This document shows positions 13,266-26,571 of a stretch of DNA of 64,000 nt, in pieces. Each line of letters opens with the position of its first letter. The first letter of the stretch is position 1. The notes beneath the pieces are model-generated. The model made no database searches and was not told where the DNA came from. It worked only from the letters and a program-made list of their open reading frames with translations. The translations under genes were made by a program, and so were the position numbers. Origin of the DNA: Eledone cirrhosa (lineage: Eukaryota); NCBI GenBank assembly GCA_964016885.1, contig OZ024744.1:82956001-83020000 (forward strand), given 5' to 3'.

Positions 13266-13491
13266 TAATGTATAATAAACAATAAAATATAATTACCTCA
13301 TTACCAGAGGTTTGCCGAATAAGACGAATACAAGAAACGTCCGCATTCATTCGTTAGACAAGGCAGTTTAAAACATAGGCTATGTTTTAAATTGCCTTGT
13401 CTGACGAACGAATGAGGATGTTTCTTGTATTCGTCTTATTCGGGAAACCTCTGGTAATGAGATAATTATATTTTATTGTTTATTATACATT
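13266..13491. repeat. ~110-bp-arm near-perfect fold-back (PLE terminal repeat derived)
   Basis: 13266-13377 is the reverse complement of 13381-13491 with a few mismatches. Confidence 0.9.
13396..13461 (+). ncRNA. Type I hammerhead ribozyme motif
   Basis: cttgt CTGACGA a cgaatgagga...tcttattcg g GAAA cc tct gg TA atgag. Stems I (with G-U pairs), II and III can form. Confidence 0.65.
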
Positions 13492-14324
13492 ATATATATA
13501 TAATACAAGGATGATTTGTTATGCCTTCAATACGTTTATTGATTGGTGACGCGCGTTTCGCTATTGATCAGCTCAAGGTTCGATCTGTATCGATCTGGCT
13601 CGACTCTGGAATAATCAAAAGCTCGTCGGACCACTGCTGCTGTTGTAATGACACTCCCTGGATATATATATATTTATATATATATATATATATCCAGGGA
13701 GTGTCATTACAACAGCATATATATATATACACACAAAATTCCAATACATATCTGTGTACAGCTATGCTAGAAGCTACATTCTAATTGTATTCTATTATAG
13801 GTTGAGCCAACTTATACACTTATACAGCTTCATATGCGAATGAGATTAATCACCTCGTTCACACAGACGAGAAAACTACATATTCTGGCCTGTTTTCAAA
13901 ATCCAGCAGTTGCAAGATCGGGAGGGTTCGTCTTGATGTGGACCAGTTCAGTTCGAAATGCATCGACGATTGTCCTCCTCACTTCTGCTGGACATCGCCA
14001 GGTGGTGATAGCTGCCGGTGTATTTGTATAGCTACGGCTTTCTAGATGTTTATTTATAAACATACTGTATTTCTTTAGAAGTAGGAAATTCCAATACATA
14101 CATACATAATGGCTGCCGCCCTCGTCATCAAGTATCGCCATTGCACGATATAACATTATTAATAATTATTAATTAATTCTATCATGCAATGACTGTGCGT
14201 GAAGATATTTTTTAAAGTGAGGAAAGACTGTGCACTGAGCCAATCGCACTCTCTGAGCAACAGTAGCTATAACCCGAAAAGAAGAAAAGATCATGATCAT
14301 CGGTAACTACTGAGCCGCAGGTTT

Positions 14325-14737
14325 TATATCGGAGTTATCCCAGTTTCCTGAGTTGCCTTCTCCTAGAAGAATGCCCTGACAAAGGCTAGGGGGTCCTTCA
14401 CTCCCAGTGGTTTAACCGCGCGATTGGGTGTCCAACCCGACTATTTCTGTCCCCGCGTATATACATACACATGCACCCATGTATATACACATATACATAT
14501 ACATACATATGTACATGTGTATATACATATTTACACACTTTTGGATGGCCGTTGACTCTTATGAGTTCTTCCGCCCTTTGTCAGGTTTTGTTTTTTGTCT
14601 TGCAGGGTGTCAAAAATCACCCTCCTCACCAAGTAAACTTGGTGGAGTTGCCGGTTAAGTCGCTGACGACCCGTCCATGTGACAGGTTTTACTGGGTTAC
14701 ATGTTACCAGTAGCACTCAAGAGTGACCCGACACAAC
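14325..14737 (-). mobile_element. RTE-like 5'-region fragments (relatives of 60438-61027)
   Basis: Shares ccttctcctag...gacaaaggct and ttttggatggcc...caccctcctcaccaa...tacatgttaccagtagc with 60790-61027 and 59730-59882. Confidence 0.65.
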
Positions 14738-14747
14738 ATACATACAT

Positions 14748-14861
<114 letters not shown>

Positions 14862-14867
14862 ATATTT

Positions 14868-15330
14868 TGGTGGCCTTTCGAGGGGTGCGCGCACTGTTCT
14901 CTTCATGGACATATCTACTCCATGGATCATGCTCTTTCGCCGTCATATAGTGAGAGTATTCCATAGATCCTGCATGTCTCTTTCCATGCATCCCAAGTAT
15001 ATATAGCAATTGGCTCAATCATTGACGTATACAGACGGAATTGTATGTCTTGTCTAATGGAGGAATTGGACCTCAAGTGCTTCAGGAACTAAAAGACAAC
15101 TAAGCTTTGCCGCGTTTCTTTTCCAGATCATCTCTTCGATTGTTATCATTAGCGAGGATACAACCCAAATATGCGAAAGTTTGAACAGTTTCCAGAGTTT
15201 AGCCCTCAAGCTGGATAGATTGATTCTCTGCCTCTACAATAAGCATCACTTTGGTATTTTCAATGATGATCTTTAAACCAACATTTGAGCTGCTATTGCT
15301 AAGACGGGTAGCTATGTCTTGCATGGTACT
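14868..15330 (-). mobile_element. RTE-clade LINE reverse transcriptase C-terminal fragment
   Basis: Minus strand reads NVGLKIIIENTKVML..LETVQTFAYLGCIL..KA*LSF..LLY, matching RT domains 6-7 and the thumb of RTE elements. Confidence 0.7.
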
Positions 15331-15379
15331 AAAGACTCCCTGAATCCAGCCTGAGGAACAAGTTAGTAGGGCTACACCA

Positions 15380-15911
15380 GATAACTGAAGGATTGTTTAA
15401 GCATAATAAATTGTTTAAGAATAATAAAAATCTGGTTTTCGGAACTCCGCGCGCACAACAAATCAGTGGCTGATAATGTGTGTGCTGTGTCTGTGTTGAT
15501 ACCATCATTTGGACTACTTGAATGGATGCTAGATGAGATTCAAGCCATTGATAGCAACTGTCCAAAGATGTCATCAAGATACTTCTAACTTTGAAGCATG
15601 ATGTAATGGCCAAAACAATATACGCACAGTAAACAAGGCACGCACAGTAGTGGAAATGAGCTGCCCAGTGAAAAGGAGAACATTTTGCTGAACTAATGAA
15701 TAACCTGCAGTTACTCTACACTGACTATACTTTTAGATTTATACCTGTAATTATTAGGGCTCTTGGATACGTTACTAATTGTCTCGGTACAAATTTTGAG
15801 AAGCTGGGCTTCACAGACGAGAAAGAACACGACTCGTTGAGAAGTTACAATTACAATCATACTAATGGAACTGTAAAAGTATGTAAACCATTTAAGAAAT
15901 TAAAAATGTAA
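15380..15911 (+). mobile_element. Internally deleted R4/Dong LINE remnant
   Basis: NKSVADNVCAVSVLIPSFGLLEW, then LKHDVMAKTIY, EMSCP and NLQLLYTDYTFRFIPVIIRALGYV (ORF 15696..15911). Confidence 0.7.
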
Positions 15912-16094
15912 TAATTTGCATATACAAATGTGTGGATGCAGAAGTACTTGAATTTGTACACATATAACTCAAAACATGCAGAATCACGCATCAATAACAA
16001 TCACACCGGAACACACACACACACACAGACATACATGCTTATTCACGTTTACATTCCCATGAAAGTGTCTTTTCCCTATGTACGAAACCAAAAA

Positions 16095-16144
<50 letters not shown>

Positions 16145-16557
16145 GTATGTATGTGTATATATATGTATATATGCATATGTGTGTGTGTGTATGTATATAT
16201 ATATATATGTGTGTGTGTGCGTGTGTGTATGCAAATGGCAAACAGAAATAACAAAGCAAACGATACAATACAGTGAAGAAATATATTATTAGTTTTACGA
16301 AGAAATATAAAGATTGAGAAGACGGGCAGTGGCGGAAATGAAAAAAACAAAAAACAAAAAACAAATAAACATTTATAGAAAAATAACAGGTCCATTAATG
16401 TTGCCATTTCTAGGAAAACTGTTGATGATGGTGTTTGTTGTCGCATAATCTTCTTTTAAAGGCAGTAATCGAGTGAGTCTAACTGAAAAGGGAAAATAAC
16501 GTTTTGTATATAGAGCTGTACATGTGTATGTGAGTGAGTGTGTGTGTGTGTGTGTGA

Positions 16558-16617
<60 letters not shown>

Positions 16618-16944
16618 ACGTGTGTGTGTGTGTATGTGTGTGTGTGTGTGTTTGTTTGTTATACGTCCGTACGAAGCTCAGAGGAAATATGTGTGTATTT
16701 GCAAGTATAAGAATGTGTGTATATGTGTGTTTATATGTACGAAGCTGTGAGCAAATGTGTGTATATAAGAGTATGTCTGTGTGTGTGATTGTGTGTTAGT
16801 TTTTGGTCCGTACAGAGCTGTAAAGGTAAGTGATGTGTATGTGTGTGGTTTTGTTGGTTTCTATAAGGTGTAAGAACGTGTTTATGACAATAACAGAGCC
16901 ATATACATTCGTATTGATATGCATGTATACTTCTCCAATCTATT

Positions 16945-17071
<127 letters not shown>

Positions 17072-17109
17072 GGATACATATAAATACATACATAAATATA
17101 TATACAGAC

Positions 17110-17205
<96 letters not shown>

Positions 17206-17430
17206 CTTTATATATATATATGTATATCAGGTAAAATGATTTAACATTTTGGACGCCAGTCCTTCATCAGAAAATAGAATGAACAATCAAAGAAGAAATA
17301 GAAAACTGGAGGGTAATGAGCAGTGGCAGAAACAGAGAAGAATGTTTATTCAGATCTCCATATTTTGGTAATATATATATACACAAATATACACAAACAC
17401 GAACGCACACATATGCACACAATATACATA

Positions 17431-17760
17431 CTAGCAGAGGTACCCGGCGCTGCTCGGGTATTAAATAGCAGTTGTGTATACGATTTATGTCAATACTTCA
17501 GTGCTGCTTCGAAAACTATACTTTTACAAAATCATCGGCTTTTTCCAAAAGGGGGTTCCTGCCCCCAGGGTTCCCCTACTCAATATGTGCCAATTCTGAG
17601 AGTTCACATTAATCTGTAGGATAAACGTAGCACATGTGTCAAGTTTTGTGAAAATCGGTTATGAACTCCAGAAGTTATGACGTTTTGTTGCATTGCACTG
17701 CAGTGCTTTAATCGACACCAAGGAAGTGGTTAAACGCGGTTATCTGCCGGGAGGCTCTAT
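17431..17760 (-). mobile_element. Non-autonomous Helitron-like element, 3' end
   Basis: Minus strand ends cccgagcagcgccggg (hairpin)-tacctctg-CTAG|T. The same terminus occurs at 63681-63708. The far boundary is uncertain. Confidence 0.6.
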
Positions 17761-18349
17761 AATCAATACCTGGAAAAATGAAAATGCCCATGACCATCCG
17801 GAGTACATAAATAAACTGTCTTATGTTTGGTGAAAATACTGTAGAAATGCATAAGGTTTATACATACGCGCGCGTGTGTGTGTTTGTGGGTGTCTATGTA
17901 TTTGTGTGTGAGTATATATGTGTATGTCCGTCGGGGCATACGTATGTACTGGCCTATATATTCACTATTTACTTTTACTATTTTAATAACCTCTGTCATT
18001 TTCGTTTTCAATTTTATTTACATCATTCTTAAACTCCGGGGCTGGAAATCATTCTGTTATTTTAAATAGAACATTAGTCTAACGACTCCATTTATACCAT
18101 AAACTTGGTCTTGTCTTTGCATGAAATTGTTCTTTACGCTCCACATAACGACGTATTATCCTCGCTTTTTTTCCGTTCATTGCCAGGGAACGTCTTCACG
18201 AACCAAAATATCGGGTTTCTGTTTTCCTTCGGTTGCAACGTTTCTCGAAATATTTACTCCTGTGTTCACAGATAAATTTTTTTTGTTTCAGAAGATCCCG
18301 ATAATGTTGAAAGCAGCGATTCTTTGCTTAAACTTTAATCTGTTCTTAT

Positions 18350-18432
<83 letters not shown>

Positions 18433-18717
18433 CGAGAGAGAGAGATATGCTTTGTGCGACTTTTGGAGGATGGAGTGACCAGCAGTACGTTGTTCGGTAT
18501 TATTACGAAAAGTTCTAGAAGAGAATCCCGTGTGAACTAACAGCTCGGGAGGAAACTGCTTACCTCGAAGATTCATTTGCCATCGTTCTTGTGAACGCTC
18601 CGTTTAGGTGGTATTTGTTGGTCTACAGTTAGATGAATGGCGCACAAAGGGTTAATGTTTATTGGCAAGAAGTTTTTTGAATAATAAAAGACGGGTTAAA
18701 GCGACCTACAATGTATT

Positions 18718-18771
<54 letters not shown>

Positions 18772-18801
18772 GATATATATATATATATGTGTGGGTATGT
18801 A

Positions 18802-18882
<81 letters not shown>

Positions 18883-18995
18883 GTTAGAATATGTGTAATA
18901 AGGCCAAGACAATGCAGATATGGACATAGAAAAAGAATGCAATAGTGAGAGATATTGATGAGAATTCGTCTTTCACCTTGAATTTATTTAAATGT

Positions 18996-19030
18996 CCTTA
19001 ATTTTCGAGATAATATCTCTTCTTCGGAGG
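18996..19030 (-). ncRNA. Minimal hammerhead motif (U4C variant) in PLE terminal repeat
   Basis: cct CCGAAGA a gagat att atctc GAAA at TA agg. Confidence 0.55.
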
Positions 19031-19406
19031 GAAGTAAAAGTCTCAGACCAGCGTCTTAAATTTCCAATGAAGCCATGCTGACCGGAAATAGTATAGAGTT
19101 CTAACTTTAATATCAAAGAATTAAAATTAGGTGGGTAAAGAGTAGTCTCCCTTTAAGAGAGGTTTGTTTATGTTTTTGTTGTGTTTTTTAAATTTTATAT
19201 GCGTGCCTGTATATGTGTGTGGGAGAAAGCATGAAGGTGTAGGTATGTGTGTGTGTGAGTGTGGGAAGATAGGTCTAATCGTAAAAGTGGGGGGTAGGTG
19301 TTATCTGGTGTTAGAACTGGTTTTGTGTGTGTATGTGTGAGAGAGAATAAGTGGAGGTGTGTGCGTGCGTGTGTGTGGGGTGTGTAAAGTGGGGCTAGAG
19401 GCCCTA

Positions 19407-20470
19407 TCAGGTTATAAATTGGGTGTTGAGCTCTAGTCTATTATTGATTGGTGGATGTGTTCTATCTATAATGAGTGCTTCCTTGATTCTAAGATTACCG
19501 AGGTTTCTTTCTTTAGTTTCTATCCTAACTGTTATGTTTTTATCAGTGTTTTTGCATTTAACTAGGTGTTTCTTAAATGAGGAAGCGTTAGTATTGAGGT
19601 GTTCTTTTATTCTTATGTGGAGTGGTCTGGTGGTGCTACCTACGTAGAAGTTGTTGCATTTGTCACATTCTAGTCTGTAAACTACGTAAGCCTGGTGGCA
19701 TAGGTCTGTGTCGTTGATGGGGCAGTTGGCTAGTCTGCAGCAGTTGTCATGTCTGGTGGAGTGTCTCTTAGCTAGCCGTCCACGCAAAGAAGGACCCGAA
19801 TGGGCCAGTTGAATATCCAGACCTTCTCGTCTGATGGCTCTGCGGATGGCTGTTGTTGTTTCTTCACTGAAGTGTGGGAGCTTCAGGAAGCAAGTGTTAG
19901 TGCCTCGGGTGTGGTGTCCTCTGTTCTTTCTGGCACGGTTTGTGGTGGATGTCGTGTATCCGTTCAGTTTGAGTACTTCCAGGAAATGTGTGGTGTGTGT
20001 GTCTCGGTCTCTGGCGTCGGTGCATTTGTTCTTGATACGTGCCAGTTCGTTCTTTATGTATCCGAACTTGGCACCGAGTGGGAGGGCCGATCTGAAATGC
20101 ACGAACAGGTCCCTGCTGGCGGATTTTTTATAGAAGCAGGTGTGGATGTTGCCTTCCTCTGTTACCCTGAGTTGGAAGTCCAGCAGGGATAGGGATCCGC
20201 GGTCATCGGGGTGTTCTATGCTGAACTTTATACTGGCGTCCATGCTGGAGAATGTTGTGTATATTTTCTCTGCCTCTTCACGGGATGATGTAAGGATGAG
20301 TATGTCATCCACATATCGGGTGAAGAAGGCATGGGAATGGCAGGTGTTGAGGGCTCGGCATTCTAGCTGGTTCATGTAAGTGATGGCCAGCAGGCCAGAG
20401 AGGCTGGATCCCATGGGTAATCCTGTTGTCTGTCTGTATGTGTGGTGGTGGAAGGTGGAAGGTGAAGTAC
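19407..20470 (-). CDS. PLE reverse transcriptase (partial) + GIY-YIG endonuclease, uninterrupted frame lacking its N-terminus
   Basis: [78 protein letters not shown]. Confidence 0.9.
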
Positions 20471-20568
20471 GTATATATAAATATATATGTGTGTGCATAT
20501 ATACATATATTTTTATGTGTATATTTATATATGTGTATATGTGTATATCTATATAGTGTATATGTGTT

Positions 20569-20609
<41 letters not shown>

Positions 20610-21003
20610 AAGTGTATATATGTGTGTGTATATGTATATACGTGTATATATATATATATATACATATATGTATATATGTATGTATATGCGCGCGGGCGCG
20701 TGTGTGTGGGTGCGCGCGTGTCTGTGTGTGAATGTAGACAGCCAGGCATACAGACAGATATTACAAGAACGCGACGGAGTTGGATAACCGGCGACTAACA
20801 CCCTTTAACAAGAGAAAATTGAAAAAAAAAGCGGCAGTTAATACCTTTAGACCGCAAGGAATATATAAATGCAAGTTTGAAGTCAATCGGAGTAGAAATA
20901 TGGATTTGTATAAAATTTGCAAAAATGAGAACACACAGACAACATCAATTTTATATATATAGATATATGTGAGAAAAACCACAAACCCTCCATCTCAATA
21001 CTA

Positions 21004-21040
21004 CTTTTGAAAAGCAGACGAACTGCGAAACCGGTAAAGG
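21004..21040 (+). ncRNA. Hammerhead motif with U3-A8 core
   Basis: ctt TTGAAAA gcag acgaa ctgc GAAA ccgg TA aag. Confidence 0.65.
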
Positions 21041-21230
21041 AACCAAATAAATATATATATAAAAAAAAAGAGTCCATTTGCATTATCGATTTCATCTTTT
21101 TTCCTTTTACTTTCACCCGTGTAGGACACCTCGGTTATTTTTCATTTTGTAAAAAAACCTCACTTTCTAATATAAATATAAATATAAATATATATATACA
21201 CAAAATAATCAAAAGCAAAAGACAACACAC

Positions 21231-21722
21231 AAAATAATCAAAAGCAAAAGACAACCAAAATCACTGAAAACATTACTCACCAATGCCAAATCACCTACCA
21301 CAAACCCACAACCAAGTATCAAAAAATGTGGTCGCTCTAATTGTGGAACCTGCACTCACCTCATTGAAGGCAACACGTATACATTTAAATCAGGACAAAA
21401 CTTTACTGTAAAAAATCACTTCACTTGCTCATCAAACAATCTACTTTATGCCATTACATGTAAAGGATGCAATGAAGATTATATAGGACAAACTAAACTC
21501 ACACTCAGAAACAGAATGACAGTTCATCGCCAACAATTACGAGATCCAACCACGAGACAGATACCACTAAGTGCATATCTAGACATTTGCGCAAGTAATA
21601 AGACACCCAAATTCCAAGTCTTCCCATTTTACCTTTGCGCTAACAATACAACAGAACAAATGCGAATAAATAAGGAAAATATGTTTATTCAAAAATATAG
21701 ACCAACATTAAATAAGGTTTAA
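21231..21722 (+). CDS. PLE zinc-linker + GIY-YIG endonuclease fragment (no start, 5'-truncated)
   Basis: KSKRQPKSLKTLLTNAK..KCGRSNCGTC..FTCSSNNLLYAITCKGCNEDYIGQT..LRNRMTVH..KENMFIQKYRPTLN. Confidence 0.85.
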   Translation, partial: KIIKSKRQPKSLKTLLTNAKSPTTNPQPSIKKCGRSNCGTCTHLIEGNTYTFKSGQNFTVKNHFTCSSNNLLYAITCKGCNEDYIGQTKLTLRNRMTVHRQQLRDPTTRQIPLSAYLDICASNKTPKFQVFPFYLCANNTTEQMRINKENMFIQKYRPTLNKV

Positions 21723-22198
21723 TATACATTATGTCAACACCACAATATGACATACACACACACACATAACACCTTCTACTTTAGAAAATAAAAACCTGAA
21801 CTAAATAAACCTTAACATACGTTTGCACTGGCAATGCAACAGCAAACACGAAAAAGTAAGGAAAATATGTTCATTCAAAAATATTCCTACTAAAGGAATC
21901 ACTTTCCTACACACACACATACACACACACAATATATATATATATATATTCTCTTCATCTTAACATGCTAACCATACTCCCACACACATAACACCCATAC
22001 ACACACATAACAACCCCCACACCTACAACTCCCTCCCCATTTCTACTAATAGAACCACTTTCCTACACACATATATATATACACACACACAAAATATATA
22101 TTCTCTCCATCTTAACATACTCGCGCACACACACATAACACCCATATACACACACACACAACTCCCTCCCCAATCTCTACTAATAGAATCATCTTCCA

Positions 22199-22232
<34 letters not shown>

Positions 22233-22738
22233 GCACACACATAAACATACATATCTTCAGTCTCAATAGAAAATCTGAACTCTGACACCCCGGCGAGCTG
22301 GCCATATTCACTGAACCAGAACATTTCTCCCAATCCCTTTTCTCTTGACCACTATCTCTCCATTGTCATAACATTCACTATAAAGACTACAGAATAGTTT
22401 TCCAAATAAGGGCGCAAAAATGTAATAAAAACTTGTTCACGTGACAGCCAAATTTCATTTATAACCAACCAAATAAAGCCTTCGTGAGCCTCCTTTTTTC
22501 AAGTAAAAAGAAATTCAAACACTCATATATGAAAAAACAACCTGTGACAACCCCCCCTCTCTTATTTGAAGAACTATTGTAACGCGAACTGGCGCGAAAT
22601 TTATTATAATTATTGACAAACCAATCAAATTACTTCTCGAAAAACCTGGAATTTCGAGCCACTTTTTCCATATAAAACAAGTAACATTCAGAGACCAACC
22701 AGATGTGAGAAAAACCACAGACCCTCCATCTCAACTCA

Positions 22739-22776
22739 CCTTTTGAAAAGCAGAAGAACTGCGAAACCGGTAAAGG
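22739..22776 (+). ncRNA. Hammerhead motif with U3-A8 core
   Basis: cctt TTGAAAA gcag aagaa ctgc GAAA ccgg TA aagg. Confidence 0.72.
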
Positions 22777-22907
22777 AACCAAATAAATATATATATTTAA
22801 AAAAAAAATAAGACTTCAGTTGCATTTCCGATTTCATCTCTTTTTCTTTATACTTTCACTCGTGTAGGACACCTCGGTTATTTTTCATTTTGTAAAAAAA
22901 CCCTCAC

Positions 22908-22974
<67 letters not shown>

Positions 22975-22976
<2 letters not shown>

Positions 22977-23952
22977 AGAGACGTAAAATAAGAACATTAT
23001 AAAATTAACTTACTTACTAAAATATCACTTCCAACTAATTAGTTTCTGGAATGGAGTAAATATATTTTCCGAAGAATAATATTGAGAAGCATTCCGTCGT
23101 CAGGAAAGTCTATTCTCATGTAAGTTTCAAGGCAAAGCGAGGACACTGGAAACTTATTAAAAAATAATTCAGTGGATAGGAAATAGCAAAGCGTGGACTG
23201 AATTCCAAGCCATTGAGAAAATCACTGCCTCTACGTCTGTGGCAAATTCAAAAAGAATCAAACACGTGACATTGAGGTCAATCAGTGGAAAATGGTTTGC
23301 TAATAAGACAGCGGCCTGCCTACAACCGTAGCAGCAGTCATGGCCAATATTGCTCGACAAATAATTTGGAGATAATAATAAAGAATTCATATCTAGTAAC
23401 ATATATATACATACAGATGCATATCAATGCTAGCAAATATATAGGTTTTGTCTTAATAACAGTGTGGTTCAATGCATGGGGTTGCAGAACAATAATATAA
23501 GAGACGTAAAATAAGAAAATTATAAAATTAACTTACTTACTAAAATATCACTTCCAACTAATTAGTTTCTGGAATGGAGTAAATTTTCTCAATGGCTTGG
23601 AATTCAGTCCACGCTTTGCTATTTCCTATCCACTGAATTATTTTTTAATAAGTTTCCAGTGTCCTCGCTTTGCCTTGAAACTTACATGAGAATAGACTTT
23701 CCTGACGACGGAATGCTTCTCAATATTATTCTTCGGAAAATATATTTACTCCATTCCAGAAACTAATTAGTTGGAAGTGATATTTTAGTAAGTAAGTTAA
23801 TTTTATAATTTTCTTATGTTACGTCTCTTATATTATTGTTCTGCAACCCCATGCATGGAACCACACTGTTATTAAGACAAAACCTATATATGTGCTAGCA
23901 TTGATATGCATCTGTATGTATACATATGTTACTAGATATGAATTCTTTATTA
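22975..23952. mobile_element. Non-coding PLE-terminal-repeat array (tandem + inverted)
   Basis: 22976-23060 is repeated at 23498-23583. 22976-23222 and 23378-23500 are inverted at 23586-23952. Hammerheads occur on both strands. Confidence 0.75.
23696..23778 (+). ncRNA. Type I hammerhead motif (identical inverted copy at 23027-23109, minus strand)
   Basis: actttc CTGACGA c ggaatg...cattcc a GAAA ctaattag TT ggaagt. Stem III is palindromic. Confidence 0.7.
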
Positions 23953-24257
23953 TATATATATATATGAATAAAGTTAGTCCTTCATGAGTGATCTTCCAGC
24001 CATCATTGTTATTTCATCGCTTTAAAGACCATATACCTCCGGTTGGTGCGAGCAACGGCTAAAGAAAGTCGTTGGGACACGTAAATAAGTGGAACGAGGG
24101 AGAGTGTTAACAAACAAAGATAGTAAAGCAACGAAAAGTGAGGAAGAAAAAGTCAAGTCCCAGATTTCCATGAATATAAGTTCGGTAAAATCGTGAACGA
24201 GAGAGAATAAAGACCATCAAACCTAGTCGAAATGTGAGCAAGGAAGGATATATATAT

Positions 24258-25380
24258 ATGGAATAGAATGCAACGAAATTTCATTTCTCACTCTTAGTAC
24301 GGCACTTACTTAAATGTAAGTATGTATGTATGTATACGTACATACATATATGTATACAGACGTTCAGTAGTATGTATATATATACATACATGCACACATA
24401 TATATATATATGCACGTATTGGTTTACCGAACATTTATTATAATGCGCGGTTTGTTTGTTTGTAAACAAACAGCCCGAATTACGCCGTACAGTGTTTAGG
24501 CAACCACGTCACCTTTTTGTTCAACACTGACACAGGAACGATGTACTAGTTTCAAGCTTATTAGCTATCGTCAGCATCGTATACCTTCCTGCCAGATGGT
24601 TGAACGTCTAAAAGTATATACTTTCCTTATGCATATTAACGGCTGAGCAGCCTAATTTGCATATTGAGTGAGTTCAGTCGGCTGGGCGCACCGAAAACGA
24701 TAAATGGAATAGAATGAAACGAAATTTCATTTCTCACTCTTAGTACGGCACTTACTTAAATGTAACTATGTATGTATGTATGTATGTATACGTACATACA
24801 TATATGTATACAGACGTACAGTAGTATATATATATATACATACATATATATATGCACGTATCGGTTTACCGAACATTTATTATAATGCTCGGTTTGTTTG
24901 TTTGTAAACAAACAAACAGCCCGAATTACGCCGTACAGTGTTTAGGTAACCGCGTCACCTCTTTGTTCAACACTGACACAGGAACGATGTACTAGTTTCA
25001 AACTTATTAGGTATCGTCAGCATCGTATACCTTCCTGCCAGATGGTTGAACGTCTGAAAATATATACTTTCCTTATGCATATTAACGGCTGAGCAACCTA
25101 ATTTGCATATTGAGTGAGTTCAGTTGGCTGGGCTCACCGAAAACGATAAATGGAATAGAATGAAACGTTCCTGTGTCAGTGTTGAACAAAAAGGTGACGT
25201 GGTAGCCTAAACACTGTACGGAGTAATTCGGGCTGTTTGTTTGTTTACAAACAAACAAACCGAGCATTATAATAAATGTTCAGTAAACCGATACGTGCAT
25301 GTATATATATATATACATACTACTGTACGTCTGTATACATATATGTATGTACGTATATATATATATATATACGTACATAC
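24258..25380 (-). mobile_element. Tandem ~446-bp non-coding unit (2 copies) plus inverted partial copy, each full unit with a hammerhead
   Basis: 24258-24703 is repeated at 24704-25165. 25165-25380 is an inverted partial copy. Confidence 0.8.
24539..24579 (-). ncRNA. Minimal type I hammerhead motif (second copy 24985-25025)
   Basis: cgatg CTGACGA t agct aata agct t GAAA ctag TA catcg. Perfect 5-bp stem I and a palindromic CTAG stem III. Confidence 0.75.
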
Positions 25381-25382
25381 GT

Positions 25383-25818
25383 AAAGGCAAAGGAGCTCTT
25401 AAGAGTCAATGGCCATCCAAAATCACCGGGAGAGATGACCCCTTAGCCTTTGTCAAGGCAGAATTCTAGGAGAAGGAAAACTCTGATATAACACCTGCAA
25501 CCCTGATGGTATCCAATGATGTTGACTTGTTCTTCTTTTTGGTAAATATCATCTTGGTTAAGAGAGTGGGACTGGCTTTGTGCAGTGCCTTTGCTCACTA
25601 TAAAAGCTTCACGGCACAGGCATTGCTTTATATCTGGAGATCTCTCTGCATTTGTCGTCACATGGTACCATGGGCCCAGCACTATGTGTCAGTAATTGTC
25701 ACAAGTGTAGTGTTTGTACCAGAGCTTTCAAGTCGCTGGCTGGACTAAAAAGTCACACTCGTTCAGCGCATCAGTAGGGGTTCTCCTACATGGATATAAA
25801 GTAGTGGCCGTACTCGAA
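25383..25818 (+). mobile_element. Non-autonomous RTE-like bipartite element (5'-truncated copy)
   Basis: Near-identical to the reverse complement of 60438-60890. Has the RTE-like 5' UTR motif ctaggagaaggaaaactc, a C2H2 micro-ORF, a terminal hairpin gtggc..ctcg aaaa cgag..gccac, then (TA)n. Confidence 0.7.
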
Positions 25819-25834
25819 AACGAGTTGGCAGCCA

Positions 25835-25903
<69 letters not shown>

Positions 25904-26488
25904 TTGTGAATTGTAAGCATAAAATACGTAAAAATTTATGTATGTATGCATATATCTATGTATGTATGTAAGTATCTCTGTATGCATGTATCAGAACATT
26001 AACGCATGTGTAAACTCGATACAGCATGCTTAATATCCTTTATATACATATATATATATCTATAAAGAATATGACATGCATACACACACATACACTTACA
26101 CACTACAAACATAGATAAATATATATACACACACACAAACACACATACAATTATATATATTATTTTGGGACTTTCCAATATTATATATTGTTGCTTCAAA
26201 AAAATGCGAGCAGTGACAACTATAACAGGAAATATGAGAACCGAACCATACACATTTCCTCATTTCAACGCACACACATTTAAACGTATATACACAGGTA
26301 CCATACGTATAAGCATACACACGCACAGCCATAAACACACACATACACACACACACACACACTCATACATGTATACACACACACAGATACACACACATAT
26401 ATATATATATACCTAGTGACTTGCCTACCTACATTTCTAATTTCCTCCCTACTTACTACATACTTGCATACACATATATATACATACA

Positions 26489-26571
<83 letters not shown>

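Larger units (their letters stand above)
18885..20470 (-). mobile_element. 5'-truncated Penelope-like element
   Basis: Open RT-GIY-YIG frame plus a 3' terminal region carrying a hammerhead motif, bounded by (TA)n tracts. Confidence 0.92.
20968..22915 (+). mobile_element. Penelope-like element (Neptune-type) with direct terminal repeats
   Basis: ~200-bp direct repeats at 20968-21172 and 22705-22915 flank a GIY-YIG coding segment and a CA-rich UTR. Confidence 0.88.

Noticed and set aside
20471-20801. N-terminal extension giving a 464-aa ORF fused to the PLE RT
   Set aside because: The extension runs through (TA)/(CA) repeats from a non-ATG start. This is chance read-through, not a domesticated gene.
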